Position numbers and translations under genes: made by a program. From Minisyncoccota bacterium (GTDB lineage Bacteria > Patescibacteriota > Minisyncoccia > Phycocordibacterales > UBA9973): a stretch of DNA of 64,000 bases. The notes under the pieces are model-generated. The model saw only the letters and a program-made list of their open reading frames with translations, did no database searches and was not told where the DNA came from. Below, one piece after another: positions 53,546 through 63,668 of the stretch. Where the stretch lies: the NCBI GenBank assembly GCA_041662525.1, contig JBAZSF010000002.1, positions 3,121 to 67,120 on the forward strand, read 5' to 3'. Each line of letters starts with the position of its first letter. Position 1 is the stretch's first letter.

Positions 53546-55663
53546 CTATTGTCCAGATAATCCTAGATTAAATACAGAATTCAATAAGTTGCTTTCGTTT
53601 TTTATCATTATCCATATTTTTGGTTTCAAATTATCCTTGTTGAATGTTACTGTCTCTCCTATACCAGCATTATCCATATTTGCGAATGAGACAGGAGCAG
53701 ATATTGGCCAACTAGCATTCCCTCCCCATACATTGAGTCTTTCATATTGATTTTTTAGCTCCGCATACCACTGATCGATATTGTTGGGATCTGTGGTCAC
53801 TACCATATTAGTATTGGCTGCTTGGTTGATTTGAGCCATGCCCATAGATATAAATGATTTAGCTGCTGAGGTGTCAGCCACAAAATACACCGCTTGGCCT
53901 GGATATAATCTAACACCAAACTCAGGTTTACCGAGCGTAAGATTATTGTAATTGTGATTGGTAGGGTTTTCAGACTGAGATATTGGAATACCTACAGTAA
54001 TAGGTACAATGACATTTTTGGCGGGACTAGAAGAGTCTTTTATGACAACAGAAGTAACACCATCTGTTACGCCAGACACGATCAAGTTTGTACCAGAGAG
54101 GATGGCTATCGCAGTCGATTCATTTAGACCTGTTTGAATAGCATAAGGTTCTACTCCACCAGACATAGAGGCGATGACTTGACCACCAGCAGTAGTGAAA
54201 ATATTTGCTGGAGTAACCATGATGGCTCCAATAGCACTTACTGTAATAGTGATAGTGACATTCTGAGTTGGGTTAGATGAATCTTGGACTACGATTGAAG
54301 TTGTTCCAGGTGCAATTCCAGTGATTGTGAGTTTATTTCCAGAGGAACTAGAAGTATTAATTATAGCAGTAGCTATAGAAAATGTGTCTGTTTGAAATTG
54401 AATATCATAATTTCCTGAACCGCCTGATATCGTTGTGCTGGTTGTTTGTCCGACATAAACCGAAACATTATTTGGAATATTCAAAGATCCGATTGTGGGA
54501 GTACTACCATCTAAGGTAGTGCCATTATAGCTCCAATTGTCCACTGGAGGTGTGCCACTAACTGCACCTGAGAGAGCATTCAAACCTTTATCTAAAAAGT
54601 GATTTAAAAGGGCATCAAAAATTGAAGCCAAACTATTACCTATCGCCCCATCAAGTGCGGTTTGTAGGAATGGAGTACCAACGGCGGTAAATATTTGGTT
54701 TGCTGCCACTGAACCAGGAGTAGTGTTTTTTAAACCACCTGGACAAGCATTTGTCAGTGCCCATGTAGCTTTTGCCCCTGCTTCATTTGCATAATAATCA
54801 TGAACATAGTCATCGTATGCTTGTTGGTCTTCTGGATTTGTTGGTAAGTTGTTACCTTCAGAATCAAGACCCCCTTCTCTTACTACTGGTGGATTAAAGG
54901 CGATAGGATTTTGAAAGCTCGGTCTATTAAATTCATTTATGCCATTATTATATTTAGGATTAGACGGACAAGTTTGAGGAGAGAGAAAGCCCATGCCTTG
55001 TTGGAGAAGGGATTGGGTTTTTTGCGCGGCATTTTGAGTGGTATTTTGAAGCCCTCTAGCAAGTACGTCAGTCATTTGCATTTGGGATCCTAGATAATTA
55101 TTTTGGGGGTATTGTGTATTTATTAAAAATCCATTCCATCCACCGGCATTAAAATTATTTCTGTAATTTTCAGCTTGCGCTGAATTCATTACTTTGCTCA
55201 AAGTGTATCCCATATTATCGGAAAGTTTGCTTTTGTAACTATTTATCGCACTTAAAGCAAATTGTTTTCCGAAAGGATATAGTAAGCTGTCGTAGCCGAA
55301 TGTATTTACTACATTTTTTAGCTCTGATTTTGCTATATCTCTAAAGAAAGAGTCAGGATTTTCTAAGAAAAGTGGTGATCCATGAAAATCAGAATTTATC
55401 CAATTTATAGTGGCTTGAGTCATTTTTGCCAAGATTCGTTTGGCGGCCATTTTAAGTAATTGATTGCCTATGTATTCTGCCCAATTTTTAATATCAAAAC
55501 TTTCGCTTAAGAAATCCATAACTGGTACCCCTGGTCCTGGTGCTGGGGCTACAGCTTCAGTTTGTTTTGGCCTAGAAAATAAAACAGCAGGAGTGATAAT
55601 TGAAATGATTAAAAGAATGGAGATAAATTTTATTGTTTTATTTTTAGTTGAGTTTTTTTTCAT
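53546..55663 (-). CDS. Large secreted protein with two bacterial Ig-like (Big_2-type) domains
   Basis: Signal/anchor 'FISILLIISIITPAVLF'; repeats '…NKLTITGIAPGTTSIVVQDSSNPTQNVTITITV' and '…TNLIVSGVTDGVTSVVIKDSSSPAKNVIVPITV'. Confidence 0.55.
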   Translation of the reverse strand: MKKNSTKNKTIKFISILLIISIITPAVLFSRPKQTEAVAPAPGPGVPVMDFLSESFDIKNWAEYIGNQLLKMAAKRILAKMTQATINWINSDFHGSPLFLENPDSFFRDIAKSELKNVVNTFGYDSLLYPFGKQFALSAINSYKSKLSDNMGYTLSKVMNSAQAENYRNNFNAGGWNGFLINTQYPQNNYLGSQMQMTDVLARGLQNTTQNAAQKTQSLLQQGMGFLSPQTCPSNPKYNNGINEFNRPSFQNPIAFNPPVVREGGLDSEGNNLPTNPEDQQAYDDYVHDYYANEAGAKATWALTNACPGGLKNTTPGSVAANQIFTAVGTPFLQTALDGAIGNSLASIFDALLNHFLDKGLNALSGAVSGTPPVDNWSYNGTTLDGSTPTIGSLNIPNNVSVYVGQTTSTTISGGSGNYDIQFQTDTFSIATAIINTSSSSGNKLTITGIAPGTTSIVVQDSSNPTQNVTITITVSAIGAIMVTPANIFTTAGGQVIASMSGGVEPYAIQTGLNESTAIAILSGTNLIVSGVTDGVTSVVIKDSSSPAKNVIVPITVGIPISQSENPTNHNYNNLTLGKPEFGVRLYPGQAVYFVADTSAAKSFISMGMAQINQAANTNMVVTTDPNNIDQWYAELKNQYERLNVWGGNASWPISAPVSFANMDNAGIGETVTFNKDNLKPKIWIMIKNESNLLNSVFNLGLSGQ

Positions 55664-55692
55664 TTCCTTATATTTATTATATAATTTTTAAC

Positions 55693-56616
55693 TTAGTTGT
55701 TCAATTTTTGTTTGATGGTATTTATAAGGTTGTTGGCTGAAGATGTTAAAGTCGCAGCGTCATTTCCATACTGGACGATGGCGTTTATTGCCACTATCGG
55801 ATCACCATCATAAAGCTTTATATCACTAATATTTTCCACCATTTTTTCAGAATTATTTATTAATGCTAAATGAAAAAGTGAGAGAGATTGTGGAACTTGT
55901 ATTTTTAATGACTCACTGATGATTTGATTTGTTTTATTAATGATCAAATCAAGTTCTGATAATTTTTCAATATTTGTTTCATCTGCCACAAATTCTTGCA
56001 AGATAGTCGATACTCCTTTTTTGATATGTTGTTTTAAATAAATAGCATTTAAAGCGTCGCTATATTTTTGGATGGCTTGTTTGGTGTCACTGTTTATGAT
56101 TTTAATATCAGAAATCGTATAGATTTTTCTCTGGGTAGAATTTTCTATTTTTTCTGAGAGAGAATTACTCAAGGCGTCTATGGTTTCTTGGTTCACTTGA
56201 CCATTTTGGTTTAGAGCGGCCACTGTGGTAAAAAGTTCTCTGGAGAATTTTTCCGTTTGAGTTAAATTCTCTGTTCCTGCGGAAGCAAGGCCTCCGCTTG
56301 TCGTTCCCGTGTCTTTTCCTTGTTCAGATCTTAATTTACTTAATGCTGAGCTGTCAGGTGTGCCTGGGTTGGTTTCTTTTTTAGTTGGGTCAAGTCCATA
56401 TAAACCTTCTTGCCAGTCCGGTATTCCATCACCATCAGTATCTTTGTTCACTAAATCTTCTATGGTTGCATTTTCATCATAAGATAAACCATTTGGATTT
56501 ATTTCTTGTTTAGATATTTCAGTATTTTTAAAGATAGATGTCTTTTGAAAAAGAAAAAGTACCACTAAAAAAAGCACCGCTAAGATGATTAGAATTATCC
56601 TTTTGTGTTTTACCAA
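55693..56616 (-). CDS. Membrane-anchored hypothetical protein with thrombospondin type-3-like Ca-binding motif
   Basis: N-terminal TM 'IILIILAVLFLVVLFLF'; 'DTDGDGIPDWQEG' DxDxDG motif. Confidence 0.5.
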   Translation of the reverse strand: MVKHKRIILIILAVLFLVVLFLFQKTSIFKNTEISKQEINPNGLSYDENATIEDLVNKDTDGDGIPDWQEGLYGLDPTKKETNPGTPDSSALSKLRSEQGKDTGTTSGGLASAGTENLTQTEKFSRELFTTVAALNQNGQVNQETIDALSNSLSEKIENSTQRKIYTISDIKIINSDTKQAIQKYSDALNAIYLKQHIKKGVSTILQEFVADETNIEKLSELDLIINKTNQIISESLKIQVPQSLSLFHLALINNSEKMVENISDIKLYDGDPIVAINAIVQYGNDAATLTSSANNLINTIKQKLNN

Positions 56617-56706
56617 AAATATTTTAATAACAAGTTAATTGTAACATCTCTTTTAAAAGGAAACTAGGTTTTTGGGGATATCTAGACACTAGATTATGTT
56701 ATAATT

Positions 56707-57708
56707 ATGATTATGAGAACGTTTTATTTTTATTTATTTATTATTTTTACTCTCTTTTCTTTTTCACAGACTATTTTTGCAGTTTCTACTGATTGTAGTA
56801 TTACTCTTAAATTAAGAGTAGGTTCTAAGGGTACTGAAGTAGAATGTCTTCAAAGAAAAATAGGAATAGTGGCAGATGGTAGCTTTGGATCCTTGACCAA
56901 GGTTGCAATTTTAACTTTCCAATCAAATAACGGCTTGGTAACTGATGGCATCGTTGGTCCCCTTACCCGTGCAACCTTAAATGCTGTGAAGGTAGGCAAT
57001 ATTTACCCAGAAGGCTGTATTTCAAATGCAGGATTTAGTCCAAAAACTGGTATTAAGTGTGATAATATCGTAAAAAGTGTTGTAAATAAAGGATTAAACC
57101 CTACCTCTGCCCCTATCTCTAATTCTACTCCTACACCTACTCCCAAAGTTGCTTCTAATAGTATTAATATGGATCAGTTTATTAAAACAGTAGTGGAAGT
57201 GAGCAGAAAATCTGGTTCCAGTGAAGAAGATATTAAAATTATAGCGGATACTCTCAGGGAAACAATTATAAATAGTGATGTTGATTATAATAAAAAATTT
57301 GAAGAATTACTTACAAATGAAAGTAAATTAAGCGCTAATTTAAAAACCAAGCCACTTTCATCTTTGTTTGACAAAGTTCTTACCAAAACCTTTTCCTTTT
57401 TAGGAATTAAACCTCCTATTGCGCATGCAGCAGTTGGTATACCATTTGGTGGTGCTTTACTTTTTCCTTTTTTCTGCGCATACAATGCTAGCTGGATGAT
57501 CACTATTTCTCCTTTACCACCGACTTTTGTAAGCCTTCTCACTTATTATCCAGGAACTCAAGGATTTGCAAGCTATAATATACCTTTTACTAGTTGGTTA
57601 CTTGGGGATTATGTAACACCTGGTGTTTGTATCATACCTGCTCATCATCCTATCGTTATTCCTACCACCGGCACCATTACTCCAATGGTTGGTTCTTCCC
57701 CGCTTTAG
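56707..57708 (+). CDS. Secreted peptidoglycan-binding-domain (PG_binding_1) protein with hydrophobic C-terminus
   Basis: Signal peptide; 'GSKGTEVECLQRKIGIVADGSFGSLTKVAILTFQSNNGLVTDGIVGPLTRATL' matches PGBD1 repeat. Confidence 0.6.
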   Translation: MIMRTFYFYLFIIFTLFSFSQTIFAVSTDCSITLKLRVGSKGTEVECLQRKIGIVADGSFGSLTKVAILTFQSNNGLVTDGIVGPLTRATLNAVKVGNIYPEGCISNAGFSPKTGIKCDNIVKSVVNKGLNPTSAPISNSTPTPTPKVASNSINMDQFIKTVVEVSRKSGSSEEDIKIIADTLRETIINSDVDYNKKFEELLTNESKLSANLKTKPLSSLFDKVLTKTFSFLGIKPPIAHAAVGIPFGGALLFPFFCAYNASWMITISPLPPTFVSLLTYYPGTQGFASYNIPFTSWLLGDYVTPGVCIIPAHHPIVIPTTGTITPMVGSSPL

Positions 57709-58630
57709 AAGCTAAGATTATCCAATCTTCGAGAGTTAAATCTTCCGCTCTTTTATTTTTCAAATCTGCCAAAGCAAGGCTTTGGCAGACGTTCTTTAAA
57801 TTACTCGAGAGCTTTTTTCTTTTGTGTGCGAATCCCGCTTTTACTATTTCCCAAAATTTTTCTTCGAAGATCTGATTGTTCAAAGATTTATTTTGAACAG
57901 TCCCGTTGCCTCCCTCTCTTTTATAAGGAGAGGGTTGGGGTGAGGTGAATTTTTCCCTCGAAATATTTTTTATTGAAATAATAGCCGAATCAACTTTTGG
58001 TGCGGGTGAAAAATATCTTTTATCAACTTTCATTATCATTTTTGGCTCTCCATAAGCTTTGACAGAAATCGAAAGGATACTTTCTTTTACCCTGAGCGGA
58101 GTCGAAGGGTTGCTTCCCTTTCCCACTATTCTTTTGGCAACTTCATGTTGTACCATTAATACCATGAGCTCTGGTTGATGTAATCCCCCTAGAAATTTTT
58201 TCAAAATTGCGCCAGTAATATTGTAAGGGATGTTGGCGATGATTTTAAAATCAGGTGATTCAAAGTTTTTGGAATGGTCTGGCCGGGATAGGGACCCGGA
58301 GAACCGAGGACCTGAGAAAAACTTTTGAATCACCTGATTTATATTAAAATCAAGGATATCCTCATTTATCAAAATTAATTTATTTTCTAAAATTTCTTTT
58401 TCAAATTTCTCTTTTAAAAATTCAAAAAGTTCACGGTCTTTTTCTACCGCGATAACAGTTCCAGATTTTTCTAAAAGTTTTTTTGTTAAAGCCCCCTTCC
58501 CTGGTCCTATTTCTAAAATTACATCATCTGATTTGATTTCCCCTGCTTCAATAATTTTTCGTAGAGCCAACTCTGATTTTAAAAAATTTTGCCCTAATGA
58601 TTTTTTTGCTTTATGATTTTTTATTTGCAT
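57677..58630 (-). CDS. rsmA: 16S rRNA (adenine1518/1519-N6)-dimethyltransferase RsmA/KsgA with two in-frame repeat insertions
   Basis: 'SLGQNFL', 'ILEIGPGKGALT', 'IANIPYNITG'; extra segments 'GPRFSGSLSRPDHSKNF' and 'SPQPSPYKREGGNG' coincide with repeat copies. Confidence 0.85.
   Translation of the reverse strand: MQIKNHKAKKSLGQNFLKSELALRKIIEAGEIKSDDVILEIGPGKGALTKKLLEKSGTVIAVEKDRELFEFLKEKFEKEILENKLILINEDILDFNINQVIQKFFSGPRFSGSLSRPDHSKNFESPDFKIIANIPYNITGAILKKFLGGLHQPELMVLMVQHEVAKRIVGKGSNPSTPLRVKESILSISVKAYGEPKMIMKVDKRYFSPAPKVDSAIISIKNISREKFTSPQPSPYKREGGNGTVQNKSLNNQIFEEKFWEIVKAGFAHKRKKLSSNLKNVCQSLALADLKNKRAEDLTLEDWIILASKAGKNQPLE
57905..57955. repeat. Hairpin repeat (ccctctc…gagaggg, family of 2466-2545) in-frame inside rsmA
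   Basis: Read directly. Confidence 0.45.
58276..58312. repeat. GGTCTGGCCGGGATAGGGACCCGGAGAACCGAGGACC element in-frame inside rsmA
   Basis: Identical core to 59694-59730 and (reverse) 7252-7288. Confidence 0.6.
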
Positions 58631-58637
58631 TTTTTTT

Positions 58638-58670
58638 GCTAATGCCTAGAGCCTAAAGCCTAGTGCCTAT
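58638..58670. repeat. Heptamer array GCTAATGCCTAGAGCCTAAAGCCTAGTGCCTAT (half-copy of palindromic heptamer element)
   Basis: Between rsmA and pcrA. Confidence 0.45.
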
Positions 58671-60929
58671 TTATAAGTAAATTGTTTTTATTCCACTCTC
58701 CTCGCCTTCCTTTTCTAATAAATCTGCTGGAATATCTGTAATAAATTCTGATGGGGCATTGATATTGCGAGATCCAAAAATAGTACGGAAATTCGCAAAG
58801 GATAAGAATAACTTTCTTCGAGCACGAGTGAGCGCTACATAAAAAAGCCTTCTCTCTTCCTCACTATCTTCATTCACCTTACTCTCTCCTTGTCTTTGAT
58901 GCGGGAAAAGTCCATCTTCTAACCCTGTGATAAAAACATAATCAAATTCAAGACCTTTTGAGGCATGCACCGTCATTAATTTTACCCCAGTTTTCTCTTT
59001 CTTTTTTTCTTCGTTAATCATTAAACTATCTTGATCTGAGGCGAGAGACGCATCTTCTAAAAGCTTTTCTACGCCTCCCCCGTCTGCTAGGTTGTCATAT
59101 TTGAGCGCTAGGGTGGCGAGTTCTTTGATGTTTTCTAACCTTTCCATATCTTCCTCAGTGCCATTTTGTAATTCCTGTTCTATTCCAGATTTTTTTACTA
59201 CAAATTTTATTACCTCACTCGTTTTTGAGTTGTTTATTTTTTCTTTTATTTCTTCCAGTGTTTTATAAAAATTATCAATTTTTATTTGTGTTTTTATTGG
59301 TAGAGTTTCTTTTTGGTTAGCAAAAATTTTCATCAAAGTTACTTTTCCAATGCCTCTTGCAGGGAAATTCATGATTCTTTTTATGTCAGATAAACTATCT
59401 GGATTTAAAGCTGCCCGTAAATATGCGAGAGTGTCTTTAATTTCTTTTCTTTCAAAAAATTTAACTCCTAGAACTTGATAAGGAATATTGTATCTCAGCA
59501 TTGCTTCTTCGAGTGCTCTCGATTGGAAATTGGCTCGGTAAAGTATTGAGATGCTGGATAAAACATTCTCGGACTCACCACGAAAAAATTCTCCCGAAAA
59601 TTCTTCCTGCTCCGCGTCGCCACTCCTCCCAAGGGTTCGCTCGAGAACATATTTTCCAGCATCTTGAGCTCTGCCGGATGCGCTTTTTTGGATGGTCTGG
59701 CCGGGATAGGGACCCGGAGAACCGAGGACCTCCGAAAAAGCGTCTCCGGCGGAGCTGTCTAGTATCTCCAGAATTTTTGTCGCAACAAATTCAGCTTCGT
59801 CGGTTTCGTCTAGGGCTTCGTAAAGACTTATCTTTTCACCTTCAATATTTTTTGTAAATAAATTTTTATCTGGTCTATATTTATTTTTCTTGATTACTTC
59901 ATTGGCTGCTTCTAAGATATTTTTAGTAGAGCGATAATTTTGTTCCAATAAAATGATTTTTGTATTTGGATAATCTTTTTCGAAATTTAAAATATTTTTT
60001 AAATTTGCTCCACGCCAAGAATAAATATTTTGATCTGCATCCCCCACCACGCAAATATTTTTATTTCTTTCAGAAAGTAATTTAGACATCAAATATTGCA
60101 CTTCATTTGTGTCTTGATATTCATCGACGTGTATATATTCCCATTTTTCTTGATAAATTTTTCTAATTTCTGCGTTTTCTTTTAGTAATTTTGTAGCTTT
60201 CAAAAGTAGGTCATCAAAGTCTAAAGAATTTTCTTTCATCTTTTGCTTCTCATACAAATTCCAAACTTGCGCTACTATTTTACCTAAAGAACTTCCTCCG
60301 CCTTCTTCCCTTTCCATATAATCTGCCAAATGCACAAATTTTCCTTTTTCTCGTGAGATTATATTTTTTATTTTTTTTGGATCATATTGTTTTGGGTCTA
60401 CACCGATTTCTTTCAAGATATTTTTAATAAGAGTATTCGCATCTCCTTCATCTAAAATAGTAAAATATCTCGTGAGTCCGAGTAGTCGGGCATTTTCTTT
60501 TATGATATAAACTCCAAGAGAATGGAAAGTAGAAACAAAAGGAACTTCGGACAAAATATTCTCGGACTCACCACGAAAATTTTCTGCTGAAAATTTTCTC
60601 TGTCCGTCGCCGTCGCTCCTACCAAGGGTTCGCTCGAGAACATATTGCCCTCCATTTTTACTATTCGAAAAAGCATTGCCGATGAAGCTGTCTTTTATTG
60701 CGAAATTAATGCGCTCCCGCATTTCTTTGGCAGCTTTGTTGGTGAAGGTTACCGCTAAGATTTTATCTGGGGACACTCCATTTTTTATAAGATTCACAAT
60801 TCGATGCGTGATTGTTTTTGTTTTTCCAGCTCCTGCTCCGGCAATAATCAAAAGCGGTCCCTTCATATGGAGCGCCGCTTCTTTTTGTTCACTATTTAGA
60901 CCTTTTAGATGTTTTTCGTCTTTATCCAC
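58671..60929 (-). CDS. pcrA: ATP-dependent DNA helicase PcrA/UvrD (SF1) carrying repeat insertions at two sites
   Basis: 'LIIAGAGAGKTKTITHRI', 'VDEYQDTN', 'TFHSLG', 'VHASKGLEFD'; non-conserved segments 'YVLERTLGRSDGDGQRKFSAENFRGESENILS' and 'GSPGPYPGQT…YVLERTLGRSGDAEQEEFSGEFFRGESENVLS'. Confidence 0.9.
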   Translation of the reverse strand: MDKDEKHLKGLNSEQKEAALHMKGPLLIIAGAGAGKTKTITHRIVNLIKNGVSPDKILAVTFTNKAAKEMRERINFAIKDSFIGNAFSNSKNGGQYVLERTLGRSDGDGQRKFSAENFRGESENILSEVPFVSTFHSLGVYIIKENARLLGLTRYFTILDEGDANTLIKNILKEIGVDPKQYDPKKIKNIISREKGKFVHLADYMEREEGGGSSLGKIVAQVWNLYEKQKMKENSLDFDDLLLKATKLLKENAEIRKIYQEKWEYIHVDEYQDTNEVQYLMSKLLSERNKNICVVGDADQNIYSWRGANLKNILNFEKDYPNTKIILLEQNYRSTKNILEAANEVIKKNKYRPDKNLFTKNIEGEKISLYEALDETDEAEFVATKILEILDSSAGDAFSEVLGSPGPYPGQTIQKSASGRAQDAGKYVLERTLGRSGDAEQEEFSGEFFRGESENVLSSISILYRANFQSRALEEAMLRYNIPYQVLGVKFFERKEIKDTLAYLRAALNPDSLSDIKRIMNFPARGIGKVTLMKIFANQKETLPIKTQIKIDNFYKTLEEIKEKINNSKTSEVIKFVVKKSGIEQELQNGTEEDMERLENIKELATLALKYDNLADGGGVEKLLEDASLASDQDSLMINEEKKKEKTGVKLMTVHASKGLEFDYVFITGLEDGLFPHQRQGESKVNEDSEEERRLFYVALTRARRKLFLSFANFRTIFGSRNINAPSEFITDIPADLLEKEGEESGIKTIYL
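59561..59655. repeat. Repeat family R4 copy in-frame in pcrA (encodes YVLERTLGRS…RGESEN)
   Basis: Imperfect terminal inverted repeat aacattctcgga… / …gttcgctcgagaacatat; second copy at 60553-60657. Confidence 0.6.
59694..59730. repeat. GGTCTGGCCGGGATAGGGACCCGGAGAACCGAGGACC element in-frame in pcrA, adjacent to R4 copy
   Basis: Read directly. Confidence 0.6.
60553..60657. repeat. Repeat family R4 copy in-frame in pcrA (second site)
   Basis: ~80% identical to 59561-59655 at nucleotide level; same encoded peptide motif. Confidence 0.6.
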
Positions 60930-60951
60930 GCATCTAATATAACATGAATAT

Positions 60952-63309
60952 CTATTTTCTTAGATTTGCTTCAAAGATTTCTAGAGTTATTCCGTCTTTT
61001 CCCTTACCAGCAGCTAATGCTTGTAAACAGCGAGCGATAAAATGTTCAGTACTTTCTTCGCCTATTCCAATAAAACCTTTTGGTTTAAGCCCCGCATGGT
61101 TTTTAAGTATATTTAAATAACTTGATAAATGGTTAGTTGCTGGATCAGTGCTTGGTTGTTTTTCATATTTTAAAACTTCACTCGCATTCATTTTTAAAGT
61201 GCTTGAAAAATTGTTCCAGCTCCATGTGCTTGGTTCTAATTTGGATAAATAATCTACATCATTTTGTCTTGCCCCATAAGCTTGCATTAATTTTTCTTCA
61301 GACAGATTATAGGGATTTTCTAAAAATTCTGGATTTAAAGCTAAAATAGGCTTAGCATGGTCTGAAAAACCTTGTAATTTATCTAATGGGTACCCATTTC
61401 CTCCACCAGAATACAACACACCACCGCCAGTACTTGCCATTCTTCCTGTATCTGCTGAGTTACCAGTTAATGTGTCACCACCAGTATTTCTTTTCATTCC
61501 AGTTTCTTGTGATGTGCCTGTATGTATTGTCCCAGCAGGTTCTTTGGGAGTTAATTGATCATGTATTGTTTTTGTTAGTTCTTCAGGAGTAACTGATTTT
61601 GGAGCTGGTTCGTAAGGATGTACGTCAGATTCTAATTTTAGCTCAGGTACTTTAATTTTTGTGTGCAGGTCATCTCCAAGATGGATTTTACTATCTTCCT
61701 TGCTTTCAAAAACTTCGTTTCCACTTTCTGTTGAAACTTTTGCACTTCCATCTGAATCAAACATCTTTCCCCCATAACGCTCCACATCCTTTCCTGTCGC
61801 TGCGTCATGAAAAATTAAATTTCCTTTGTCATCAAATTTTAAAGTTGAACCCTCTCGAATCAACGCACTTTCTTCTCCATTTGGTTTATAAAATCCAAAT
61901 TTTTTTGCTTCTTCTACGGCATTATGGTCACTACTCATAAGATCCTGAACACTTTTTGGTGCCTTGGAATAATCCCCATGATATTGTTCTGCAATTTGTT
62001 TTTTCAAATCTAAAATCCCTTGTATTCCACCTTTTCCATTTTCAAACTTAATTCCCTCGTTAGTAAATTCAGTAGTTGGTTTAGGCGTTTCTGGAGCAGC
62101 TGATGCTTCTGGTTCAGGATCTGCTGGCGCAGGAGAAGTAGGCCCTTGATCTAGAGCAGGTTTAGGCACGGGTGTTGGTGCTTCTGGTTTTTCTATCGTT
62201 TTTTCTCTATGCAATATACCTTTTACAAATTTTCCAGCTCCATCAATCGGATGAATGTTGTGTGAGGTTAAAAGATGAGAGACACTTTCAAACATTTTAT
62301 CTACAGATAAGGCTAGAGTTTCTACTGTTACCACTGCGACGATAGTTTTACCCGCTGTTTGTGCATAGCGACCAGCCATAGCCAGTCCATCCACAGTGCC
62401 GTATTGGGTAATAATACGATCACAATCTTCTAAATTTTTCTTTTCTTTTATTAAAAGTTTTTCGATTGCTGCTTCTTTTTGTTCATGTGTAAGCCCCCCA
62501 TCCCCTTGTATCTTTGTGATTTTTATTTCAAGAAGAGCTAATCCACCTTCGATATCTGTTTTTAATATTTTTTGGATAAAAGAATTTGCTACATCAGGTA
62601 TTTTTAATCTTTCTTGCAAATCTTTAGGCATTTCCATCAAATAAGCATTTTTTAATGCTTCAGCAGAAACATTTCCTTGCTGTTCTTTTTGTTGTGCTTT
62701 TTCATATATTTTCCAAGCTTCTTCTTCTGCACGTTCTACATCTTGAATTCTAGTTTTTTCGATTACCTCTTCATTTTTCAAACGCGCTTCTTTACCAGCT
62801 TCAGCCATACGAGCAGTCGCCATGCCTCCCATCATTACATAGCGTAATGGTGAAGCGAGCGACGCTCCAGTTAAATCAGTTACCATTCTTCCATATCTCA
62901 CAAGATTCCCAAAGAGTAGGCTCGCATTTGAAAGCCGGTGTTTTTCTTTACCACTCGTGGTGTCTTCAGCTTTTTTAAAGGCAACTTTTGCGTCACGTTC
63001 GAAACCTTTTTGCATTTCAGTAAAAAATCTTCCAGTAGTTCCCTTCTTATCAATTTTATTCAGTGCTTTATTAAAAGCTCCAGCAAAAAGGTCGTTTTTT
63101 GCTTTTTCAACTTTAAAACCAATAGTACTCAATCCCCAACCAATTTTCCCCCTATCTTCCGGTGAAAGATTTTCTATCTCTTTTTCTGTTTCAATTTCTT
63201 CCGGAGTTTTTGGATTTGTTTTTTCTTTTTGTTTTTTATTTTCTTCTGCGATACTTTTTTCAATCTTTTGGTTAAGCTTAGTATTAGGCATTAGATTTAT
63301 TTTTTTCAT
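60952..63309 (-). CDS. Large hypothetical protein (785 aa), Lys/Glu-rich N-terminus, Pro-rich linker, Gly/Asp-rich region
   Basis: ORF only; no signal peptide or confident domain. Confidence 0.45.
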   Translation of the reverse strand: MKKINLMPNTKLNQKIEKSIAEENKKQKEKTNPKTPEEIETEKEIENLSPEDRGKIGWGLSTIGFKVEKAKNDLFAGAFNKALNKIDKKGTTGRFFTEMQKGFERDAKVAFKKAEDTTSGKEKHRLSNASLLFGNLVRYGRMVTDLTGASLASPLRYVMMGGMATARMAEAGKEARLKNEEVIEKTRIQDVERAEEEAWKIYEKAQQKEQQGNVSAEALKNAYLMEMPKDLQERLKIPDVANSFIQKILKTDIEGGLALLEIKITKIQGDGGLTHEQKEAAIEKLLIKEKKNLEDCDRIITQYGTVDGLAMAGRYAQTAGKTIVAVVTVETLALSVDKMFESVSHLLTSHNIHPIDGAGKFVKGILHREKTIEKPEAPTPVPKPALDQGPTSPAPADPEPEASAAPETPKPTTEFTNEGIKFENGKGGIQGILDLKKQIAEQYHGDYSKAPKSVQDLMSSDHNAVEEAKKFGFYKPNGEESALIREGSTLKFDDKGNLIFHDAATGKDVERYGGKMFDSDGSAKVSTESGNEVFESKEDSKIHLGDDLHTKIKVPELKLESDVHPYEPAPKSVTPEELTKTIHDQLTPKEPAGTIHTGTSQETGMKRNTGGDTLTGNSADTGRMASTGGGVLYSGGGNGYPLDKLQGFSDHAKPILALNPEFLENPYNLSEEKLMQAYGARQNDVDYLSKLEPSTWSWNNFSSTLKMNASEVLKYEKQPSTDPATNHLSSYLNILKNHAGLKPKGFIGIGEESTEHFIARCLQALAAGKGKDGITLEIFEANLRK

Positions 63310-63668
63310 GATATTTATATTATACAGTTTTCAATTTTTAATACCAAATTTAGGTTGAAATAGTTATCCACATTAATTTACGATTAAATTGACTTTTGAC
63401 CCTTTTTGAGCTATTTTAGAGGTATAGTTCTGAAGAGAGGCATGGGGCAAGTTGACCGAATTCTAGAGATGGTAGTAATTATCGTGAGAACCTTTTGTTT
63501 GCAGTACTATGGTCGTCCTGTGATTCTACCCTTATATTTATTGAATATTTTGGGCTAGAAAAGGAAATCTCGCGACACTTTGTTTGTTTTATAAAACCTA
63601 AAAATAAAAAAGTTAGTAAAATATTAAGAGTTATTTCAGCCTTTTCTTTATTGTTTGGGGTTATTTTT

